Assembly: GCA_030167865.1 (NCBI GenBank)
Contig: JALAGF010005569.1
Coordinates: 1-64,000, forward strand
Direction: 5' to 3'
Source of the DNA: Craspedostauros australis
Lineage: Eukaryota
Length of the DNA: 64,000 bases
The notes beneath the pieces were generated by a model that saw nothing but the letters and a program-made list of their open reading frames with translations, made no database searches and had not been told where the DNA came from. Position 1 is the stretch's first letter. Every line of letters starts with the position of its first letter. Positions 1 to 8,290 of this stretch are shown piece after piece. Made by a program: the position numbers and the translations under genes.

Positions 1-670
1 ATGGATCTGAGGATGGCATGTCACTGCTGGATGGTACCGAACTGGGCAGATTGCTGACTGAGGTCGGTCCAGATGATGGGTCTGCTGATGGAATGTCACT
101 GGTCGATGGTACCGAACTGGGCAGATTGCTGACTGAGGTCGGTCCAGATGATGGGTCTGAAGACGGAATGTCACTGCCTGATGGCGATCCGCTGCTGGAT
201 GGTGCAGAACTGGGCAAATTGCTGACTGAGGTCGGTCCAGATGATGGGTCTGCGGATGGAATGTCACTGCCTGATGGTGATCCGCTGCTGGATGGTGCCG
301 AACTGGGCAGATTGCTGCCTGACGTTGGTCCAGATGATGGATCTGAGGACGGCATGTCACTGCTGGATGGCGCAGAACTGGGCAGATTGCTGACTGACGT
401 TGGTCCAGATGATGGATCTGCCGATGGCATGTCACTGCTGGATGGTGCCGAACTGGGCAGATTGCTGCCTGACGTCGGTCCAGATGATGGATCCGCCGAT
501 GGTGATCCGCTGCTTGATGGCGCAGAACTGGGCAGATTGCTGACTGACGTTGGTCCAGATGATGGATCTGCTGATGGTGATCCGCTGCTGGATGGTGCAG
601 AACTGGGCAGATTGCTGACTGAGGTCGGTCCAGATGATGGATCTGTGGATGGCATGTCACTGCTGGACGG
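1..670. repeat. Coding tandem repeat, ~75-nt unit (some with 18-nt insertions)
   Basis: Unit gatggcatgtcactgctggatggtaccgaactgggcagattgctgactgaggtcggtccagatgatgggtctgct recurs about 8 times. On the minus strand it encodes PSSSDMPSADPSSGPTSVSNLPSS-type peptides. Confidence 0.92.
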
Positions 671-3600
671 AACACCGCTGGACAACGTCGGCCGAACGGA
701 CGGGATTGTTGACGGTGCTTCGCTATTCGATGGAACACCACTTTCGAGGCTTGGCTGCGAAGATGGGATTGCCGATGGTGCTTCGCTGCTGGACGGAACA
801 CCACTGGACAAACTCGGCTGCGAGGATGGAATTGCTGATGGTGATTCACTGCTGGATGGTACACCGCTGGACAAGCTCGGCTGCGAGGATGGCACACCAC
901 TGGACAACGTCGGCTGCGAGGATGGAATTGCTGATGGTGATTCACTGCTGGATGGCACACCACTGGACAAAGTCGGCTGCGAGGATGGAAATGCTGATGG
1001 TGATTCACTGCTGGATGGAACACCACTGGACAAGCTCGGCTGCGAAGATGGAACACCACTGGACAACGTCGGCTGCGAGGATGGAATTGCTGATGGCGAT
1101 TCGCTGCTGGATGGAACACCGCTCGACAAAGTCGGCTGCAAAGATGGGATTGACGATGGCGATTCGCTGCTGGATGGCACACCACTGGACAAGCTCGGCT
1201 GCGAAGATGGCACACCACTGGACAACGTCGGCTGCGAGGATGGGAATGCTGATGGCGCTTCGCTGCTGGATGGAACACCACTGGACAAAGTCGGCTGCGA
1301 GGATGGGATTGCTGATGGCGCTTCACTGCTGGATGGAACACCACTGGACAACGTCGGCTGCGAGGATGGGATTGACGATGGCGCTTCGCTGCTGGATGGA
1401 ACACCACTGGACAAGCTCGGCTGCGAAGATGGCACACCACTCGACAAGGTGGGCTGCGAGGATGGGAATGCTGATGGTGATTCACTGCTGGATGGGACAC
1501 CGCTGGACAAGCTCGGCTGCGAGGATGGGATTGCTGATGGTGATTCACTGCTGGATGGAACACCGCTGGACAAGGTGGGCTGCGAAGATGGCACACCACT
1601 GGACAAAGTCGGCTGCAAAGATGGGATTGCTGATGGTGATTCACTGCTGGATGGAACACCACTGGACAAAGTCGGCTGCGAGGATGGGAATGCTGATGGA
1701 GCTTCGCTGCTGGATGGTACACCACTCGCCAAGGTGGGCTGCGAGGATGGGATTGCTGATGGTGATTCACTGCTGGATGGAACACCGCTGGACAAGCTCG
1801 GCTGCGAAGATGGCACACCACTGGACAAAGGCGGCTGCAAAGATGGGAATGCTGATGGCGCTTCGCTGCTGNNNNNNNNNNNNNNNNNNNNNNNNNNNNN
1901 NNNNNNNNNNNNNNNNNNNNNAAGCTCGGCTGCGAAGATGGCACACCACTGGACAAAGTCGGCTGCAAAGATGGGAATGCTGATGGCGCTTCGCTGCTGG
2001 ATGGACCACCACTGGACAAAGTCGGCTGCGAGGATGGGATTGCTGATGGCGCTTCACTGCTGGATGGAACACCGCTGGACAAGCTCGGCTGCGAAGATGG
2101 CACACCACTGGACAAAGTCGGCTGCAAAGATGGGAATGCTGATGGCGCTTCGCTGCTGGATGGAACACCACTGGACAAAGTCGGCTGCGAGGATGGGATT
2201 GCTGATGGCGCTTCACTGCTGGATGGCACACCACTGGACAACGTCGGCTGCGAGGATGGGAATGCTGATGGTGATTCACTGCTGGATGGAACACCGCTGG
2301 ACAAGCTCGGCTGCGAGGATGGGATTGCTGATGGTGATTCACTGCTGGATGGAACACCACTGGACAAGCTCGGCTGCGAAGATGGCACACCACTGGACAA
2401 AGTCGGCTGCAAAGATGGGATTGCTGATGGCGCTTCGCTACTGGATGGTACACCACTGGACAACGTCGGCTGCGAGGATGGGATTGACGATGGTGATTCA
2501 CTGCTGGATGGAACACCACTGGACAAAGTCGGCTGCGAGGATGGGAATGCTGATGGCGCTTCGCTGCTGGATGGGACACCGCTGGACAAGCTCGGCTGCG
2601 AGGATGGGATTGCTGATGGCGCTTCACTGCTGGATGGAACACCGCTGGACAAGCTCGGCTGCGAGGATGGGAATGCTGATGGTGATTCGCTACTGGATGG
2701 AACACCACTGGACAAACTCGGCTGCGAGGATGGGATTGACGATGGTGATTCACTGCTGGATGGGAGGCTGCTTGGAAGATTGCTGGATCGTGACGGCATC
2801 GACGAAGGTGGTGACGATGGCGCTTCATTGCCACTTGGCGTGATGCTTGGACCCTCGCTCATTGATGATGACGGCGCCGAGGAGGGTTGAGACGATGGTG
2901 ATTTACTATCAGATGGCATGCTACTCGGGATGTTGCTCGATGACGTTGGCATCGTCGATGGAGGAAAAGTTGGCTGTGCCGTCTCTTGTATCGCTGTTGG
3001 AGCGCTTGTCACATTGCTGACGGTCTGTTCGAACGTCGGTTCGCTTGTTTGCGGGGAAGGCGGCGTCACAGGAGCGCTGGTCGTTTGATTCTGGTCCAAG
3101 GATGGGGCAAGCGTCGCTTGTTGTTCGGTTGGCGATGCACTGATCGATGGTGGGAATGTCGGCTGTGATGTTTCTCCCACTGAAGGCGGATTTGAAGAAT
3201 CCAGTTCCGTTGGAACTACCGACAGTACTGTGGAAGGCTGGACTGTCGGGGCACTGCTTGCGTTTGGGACAACGGTGGAAGGTTGTTGTGACTCGAACGC
3301 CGTGAAGTTCAGGACTTGTGCTCTGTCGGTGCTCCCTGGTCGTGAAATGAAAGCCTCGAAGATGCGTGTGTACCCGCTTGGAAGCAGTCCTCTTCCCACC
3401 AAGTCGATCACCAGCGCATCGAACCGTTGCACGAATGCAACGAATAGACCCTCTTCTGTCGTGTACGTCAAATTTCCAGGTGAATCAGGCGGACCGACAC
3501 CATCATCGGTTGTGTTGGAATCTGCACCGTCATCAAGCTGGACGTCCTGCAAAAACCTAGTGGTCGTTGGGAAAAACGAAAAGAAAGGTTCTTCCGAGGG

Positions 3601-4890
3601 GCATCCGTTGCATTCCAGGTCAGGCAAAAACGCCACACGTAGGGCAGCGTCTGCTACAGTGGAGTCAACGGACTGCACCTCCTGGTCACCGATGGTTGCG
3701 TCCGAGATCAGACGTTCGTACACACCGTCGCACATGCCAGACACGTCGTTGTACGCAGATGTCAGTACGTCCGCGAGCTGCATTTGTTCGGGCATGTCCA
3801 AGGTTCGGTTGAACCCTTCCAGGACAATTGTGAGCGAGGACTGGTGGAATGAGGGATTCAGAGTTCCGCAACTCGAAACGATGGCAGCTGCCGGAGATGC
3901 TGCGACCGCGATTCCAACAGCCGCAGCAGATGCAGCTGCTGCCGCGGCGGTAGCGAGACCTGCACTTTGTGCGGCAGCAGCAACTAGCTCTCCACCAGGC
4001 GGTGGTGCGCCTCCAGCTGCTGCAGCCGCGGCCGTACCAGAAGCAACCGCGTTGGCTGCAGAAGAGGAGGCTTGCACGGCCATTTGTTGCAAGACTAAGG
4101 TCGTCGGCGGGAGTGGTGGAGGTGGCAGCGGAGGTGGGATAACCACTCCGGGTACACCTGTAGCGGCCAATGCCTCGGCGCCTCCGCCCCCACCTGCTAT
4201 GAACCCTCCGCCATCTGCCGCGCCTTTCGCAACCGCAGCTTGCTGAGCGATTGCCACCGCATCGTCTTCATTCGCGATGGGACCATACATGCATGACGAG
4301 ATGCATCTCCAAAGGATCATCCCAATGCTGGTGAAAGCGACAAAAAAGAGCACAAGGAAATTGCCATTGTCTTCCTCGTCATCGTCATCGTCATCGTCGT
4401 TGTTCGTGCCGTCATCTTCATTGGTGGCTTTGGTTCGACGGTTGTTGCCACGTGCGGAGGCGTCCTGATCGGTATCACGGTCACCAGCCGGGTCCGTGTT
4501 GCTGCTGCTATTGTTGTTGTTGTTGTTGTTGCGATTGTCCTTCGGTTGACTGCGATTCGGATGCTCTGCCTTGTTTTGACGGCGCTGCCCGTCGGTTTCA
4601 TTGTACACTACTTCTTCACCCTCATTAAGTCCGGAGGTGGGGCATGCCTCATCCCGAAGAGCAAAGTTTTGATCATTCGCTTGGTACGGTTGAATGTCAC
4701 CATTCTTGTCCGTCTGAAACAGCACGATGTTGTCATCTTGCTCGCTATCACTGCCATACCTTGATGAAGCCAAGTACGAATTATCCATGTAGTCCGGATC
4801 GTATTGCCTTGTGGCACGGTAATTGCGGAATATTTCCTGGATTCGAACGGCGGCGATTTCGGAATGCCGAAGCATTTGCGTTGCGGACAT
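1..4890 (-). CDS. Large type II membrane / cell-surface protein: N-terminal IQ-like motif, acidic region, single TM helix, Ala/Pro-rich linker, small Cys-containing domain with RFLQ motif, then very long Ser/Pro (mucin-like) repeat stalk; 3' end runs off the window
   Basis: Translated by hand because it has no stop inside the window and is missing from the ORF track. The minus frame reads MSATQMLRHSEIAAVRIQEIFRNYRATRQY...DDDDEEDNGNFLVLFFVAFTSIGMILWRCISSC...AYNDVSGMCDGVYER...LECNGCPSEEPFFSFFPTTTRFLQD...PSSQPSLSSGVPSSSESPSA repeats. The frame is open upstream to about 5154, so the start at 4890 is the likely but unproven ATG. The frame across the N gap cannot be verified. Confidence 0.8.
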   Translation of the reverse strand, partial: MSATQMLRHSEIAAVRIQEIFRNYRATRQYDPDYMDNSYLASSRYGSDSEQDDNIVLFQTDKNGDIQPYQANDQNFALRDEACPTSGLNEGEEVVYNETDGQRRQNKAEHPNRSQPKDNRNNNNNNNSSSNTDPAGDRDTDQDASARGNNRRTKATNEDDGTNNDDDDDDDEEDNGNFLVLFFVAFTSIGMILWRCISSCMYGPIANEDDAVAIAQQAAVAKGAADGGGFIAGGGGGAEALAATGVPGVVIPPPLPPPPLPPTTLVLQQMAVQASSSAANAVASGTAAAAAAGGAPPPGGELVAAAAQSAGLATAAAAAASAAAVGIAVAASPAAAIVSSCGTLNPSFHQSSLTIVLEGFNRTLDMPEQMQLADVLTSAYNDVSGMCDGVYERLISDATIGDQEVQSVDSTVADAALRVAFLPDLECNGCPSEEPFFSFFPTTTRFLQDVQLDDGADSNTTDDGVGPPDSPGNLTYTTEEGLFVAFVQRFDALVIDLVGRGLLPSGYTRIFEAFISRPGSTDRAQVLNFTAFESQQPSTVVPNASSAPTVQPSTVLSVVPTELDSSNPPSVGETSQPTFPPSISASPTEQQATLAPSLDQNQTTSAPVTPPSPQTSEPTFEQTVSNVTSAPTAIQETAQPTFPPSTMPTSSSNIPSSMPSDSKSPSSQPSSAPSSSMSEGPSITPSGNEAPSSPPSSMPSRSSNLPSSLPSSSESPSSIPSSQPSLSSGVPSSSESPSAFPSSQPSLSSGVPSSSEAPSAIPSSQPSLSSGVPSSSEAPSAFPSSQPTLSSGVPSSSESPSSIPSSQPTLSSGVPSSSEAPSAIPSLQPTLSSGVPSSQPSLSSGVPSSSESPSAIPSSQPSLSSGVPSSSESPSAFPSSQPTLSSGVPSSSEAPSAIPSSQPTLSSGVPSSSEAPSAFPSLQPTLSSGVPSSQPSLSSGVPSSSEAPSAIPSSQPTLSSGGPSSSEAPSAFPSLQPTLSSGVPSSQPSXXXXXXXXXXXXXXXXXXAAKRHQHSHLCSRLCPVVCHLRSRACPAVFHPAVNHHQQSHPRSPPWRVVYHPAAKLHQHSHPRSRLCPVVFHPAVNHHQQSHLCSRLCPVVCHLRSPPCPAVFHPAVNHHQQSHPRSRACPAVSHPAVNHHQHSHPRSPPCRVVCHLRSRACPVVFHPAAKRHRQSHPRSRRCPVVFHPAVKRHQQSHPRSRLCPVVFHPAAKRHQHSHPRSRRCPVVCHLRSRACPVVCHPAANRHRQSHLCSRLCRAVFHPAANRHQQFHPRSRRCPVVFHLRSRACPVVFHPAVNHHQHFHPRSRLCPVVCHPAVNHHQQFHPRSRRCPVVCHPRSRACPAVYHPAVNHHQQFHPRSRVCPVVFRPAAKHHRQSHLRSQASKVVFHRIAKHRQQSRPFGRRCPAVFRPAVTCHPQIHHLDRPQSAICPVLHHPAADHHQQIHHLDQRQSAICPVLRHQAADHHRRIHHLDRRQAAICPVRHHPAVTCHRQIHHLDQRQSAICPVLRHPAVTCRPQIHHLDQRQAAICPVRHHPAADHHQAVTFHPQTHHLDRPQSAICPVLHHPAADRHQAVTFRLQTHHLDRPQSAICPVRYHRPVTFHQQTHHLDRPQSAICPVRYHPAVTCHPQIH
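671..2762. repeat. Coding tandem repeat array of mixed 63-nt and 33-nt units
   Basis: 63-nt unit (minus strand: PSSQP[ST]LSSGVPSSSE[SA]PSA[IF]) interleaved with a 33-nt subunit (PSSQPSLSSGV). It spans the N gap, so the true copy number is unknown. Confidence 0.93.
1872..1921. other. Assembly gap (50 N) inside the repeat array
   Basis: Run of 50 N. Confidence 0.99.
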
Positions 4891-7800
4891 TTCTTGCCTC
4901 CTCAGTTGTCTTTTCGTTGGTAGAGAGGCGGCGGACGCACGTATTTGCCGTTGCCGTTGTCGGCGTCGGTAGAAGGATATGAGTTGATGGGTGCATGCAC
5001 GAGTCGGGATAGAGCATGATGGGGTGGGTTCACGGTGAGTCTTGTGAGTGTTGGAGTGTGTTGGAAGGCAGGCAGGCAGGCAGCGACGCGCACCGTTCCG
5101 CAACCAGCAAACGTCAACTGACAACGTACGCGTATGTTGCATCAAAGGCTTTTGTCAAGCAGGACGGCAGCAACCGCATTGTCCCATGTTTGGGCACTTA
5201 CCCGTGCAATCGGATGCTCCGCTGATGCATAGATTCGTTGCGAAAGACTTCGGAGGAACTTGCAAGGTTGTCTCGATGAATGGTTCTATTGCATGTTGAA
5301 CGTTGGACGTTGCATGTTGGACATGACGGATGTGTGTACATGTTGGAGTGCGAGTGCGAGTGCGAGTGCCCCCATCGTGCGTGAGAAGAAGATGGTGGCG
5401 GAATACCAGCAGAGGACAGTATGGACAAGAAGGTGGAGGGGTGAGACGCTGGAAGTTTGAAATGGACAGAGTCTGTCCAAGAGCGCTGAATGAGAGAAAG
5501 AGACAGAGAGGAGACGGAGCATTGTATCAAAACGCTGTTGGGATTGTTGGTGCTGCTCCTGCTGCCCTCACCTGGCGATGCGCTGGGAACGCTGCCTCTT
5601 GGTTTCGTTCATGACGATGCTGTACAAGTCGGAGGCGGTGTTCATTCTACGGCTCTGGGATCGGGGGCCGTGGCTGTGCCTGGGGGAAGACATCGTGCTC
5701 TGTATGTCGGAGCTCGAGGCGCCCGTTTGGGATGATGAATCCATCTGGGTCCGTTGTGTTGGTCTCCGCGTGCTCCTCTTGGACGTTGGGCTGGATGAGG
5801 GTCTGCTGCCAATGGTGGAGCCTGTTGGGATACGTGGATGCATCGCATCAGCTTGGCGCTGATCATCGTCCATCTTGTTGGTCACCTCCAAGATCTTTCT
5901 GCTGCTTGCTGCGTTGTCGATTATACTCGTATTGGTATCCTATCGTGCGTATCCAAAATCTTGTTTTGAATCCACCGTCGCGTGCGTTGGAGGGAGGACA
6001 GAGACGGAGATGATACCGTGGAGATGGGGTCTTGCTTGTTGTCTTGGTCAGTGTGGAGTCGAATGGTTTGTTGTGCTGTCGCTTCGAATCTCGGCGTGGG
6101 AGAGGGTGATGCTGTGGACCTGCCCGAACGTGTTGGTGTGAGTTCGTCATGGTTGTTGCGCTAATTGTTCCATTTTCTCACGACGCTGCTGTCTTTGTTG
6201 TTCCATTCTCCTGCCTCTCGTCACCATGGCTTTCCCTTTGGGCGCGATGTGCTGTACTCGTGTTGTGGTTGTGGTTGTGATGGTGTGGTGGCGGTGCCAT
6301 CGTTGTTGAGCACCTCGCCATCAGCAACAAAAAACTCCAAACAGAATCGCGTAAGACGAGCAGCGGCGGATCAATTTTCCTCTCTCGCCGATTTGGCGTC
6401 CAAAAGAGCCCGTGGAGGTGCTGGAAGGAAGAGAAAAGATAATGTGACACTTCCTTGTCGCCATCTTCGGAGGAGAGATCGTCACTTCTTGGACGAGATA
6501 ATAATGAACACAACAGAACCGGACTAACTACAGTACTTAAAGCCAATGAGGAAGGATTTATGCGGTGTCGGCGCATCATCAAACTCGTTCGTACACGCAG
6601 GCTCCCCACTCTTTGTGTTTGCACAACAGCGCCTATCGCAGCCAACCATCTGCAAGAGGAATACGAACCACGGATAATGATGGTGTGCTTATTGTCAAAC
6701 TGCTACCAACATCAGATGGCGTGGCCGCCTCTTGTTGCCATCATCCAATGTCGCGTCCCTTCCTCTCTCTCTCTCTCTCTCTCTGGAGAAAGATCTCTGT
6801 CTGTAGCGATCGTTCTCCAACACCGAGGTGGCGTGCGCCATCGTCGTAGTTCATGCCGCATTCACGCTCGTCAACAATTGACAGATGACTTTTCCTTCCA
6901 CACAAGTACTTGGACGTTGGCGAACGATACAAATGGAATCAACCAATGACTGGCTCGGTCAGGTGTGCGAATGGAATCCTCCAATCCTCGACTCAGACAA
7001 CCTTGTTTCTGAACATCGCTTTCGTTTGTGTCAATGGTTCGAGCAGAAGCACAGCGTTCATGTACCTGTTCACCCATGTCGGCCTGTCTCCTCCACACAT
7101 ATCCCCTCATCCGCGCGCATTCGTCATCTGCCCAAGACTTGATTTTGTGTAGAGACATCAACCTTTTGCACACCGCCGTGTACTTGCTGCCAGGCCGATC
7201 GCCATCGACAAGAACGCAACAGTCGTCACAACAATCCTCTCTGTTGGTGGACTGGTTGGCGCCATTGGAATCTCGTGCCAACGTGCGAGGGCTCTCCTCC
7301 GAAGCACGAAGTGAAGCGCTGAGAGGGAATGGAGCGAAAAAGGGAGCTGATGGACTTCACAAGAGACTATTTTTCTGTTTGGCGGACATTCGATGTGAAG
7401 GGAGTGAGGGTTCTAAATCCGAGCCTCTGATTTTGATGTCTTTTTTGGCGCCTTCGTCGATGACGTCACCAAGCATGCATCGAAGCATGTTCTTTCACAT
7501 TCCACCAATGCAAATAGTGGGTACTACATTCTCGGTATATGTACAAACGGGATTGGTATAACGGACATTGTGTTCGATGAAAACAAATGTTCGATAGATA
7601 CTGTCGAAGGACAGAAACAGCGTTTCCTCACAATGCTCGATATTAACGGTTACAGGTATTCAGGGACTTACTTTTGGCAAGACCCAACTGGCGAGTTCGC
7701 GAAACGATTTGGAAGGCGAAACAACGAGCGTGTGTCGTGGTGGATGTGGTGCAAGACGGTGACAAGGACGACACACGCGGACGTAACAAGAAGAGGCTGT

Positions 7801-8290
7801 TGGCATGGTGGCGAAAACGCAGCGACAGGCGATGGCACTGTGAGCCGTCGCTTCTCTTCCACCAACGGATTGCGAAAGATCCCCAAAAGGCAGATCCGAC
7901 CAAAGACGAAAGGTCACCAAAACGCGACGCTTGGACGTCCAAGGAGATCCGCGAGCATCGATAACCAAACAGGGGAGAACGATCACGGCAACACATACTC
8001 CACGGTTGTGCGTAGGCGCGTGCAGTGGTGCTGATCCAAAGCGGACCTTGCAGCGAACACAGCCGGACTCTTCCAGGATCTCGCTGGCGTACTCTCAGAT
8101 CTGCCATCAGCGAGAAGCAGGCCTGAACCAAGAAGGCAGCGCATTGGCCCCATTCCTGCCGCCTCGATCAACTGGCATTGCGAGGCCGGACGCTGACAAG
8201 TAGAACCCATCCTCACCGTTGCATGTTATACAACACCGCTCTGGTACTGCTCGTGCATATAATAGGACTGCTGCCTACACAGAAATCACC

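Noticed and set aside
1..2762. CRISPR-like appearance of the repeat array
   Set aside because: No unique spacers, unit lengths are multiples of 3, it is coding, the context is eukaryotic and there are no cas genes.
18..4246. Long plus-strand ORFs (941, 449 and 338 aa) and the 355-aa minus ORF 1767-2834
   Set aside because: Antisense or off-frame shadows of the minus-strand Ser/Pro repeat gene; repeats lacking stops create long spurious ORFs.
5568..5891. 107-aa Ser/Arg-rich minus-strand ORF
   Set aside because: Could be a small disordered protein or exon, but has no recognisable motif or clear splice structure.
6763..6784. (CT)n microsatellite and other simple repeats
   Set aside because: Ordinary simple repeats, common in this genome's intergenic DNA.
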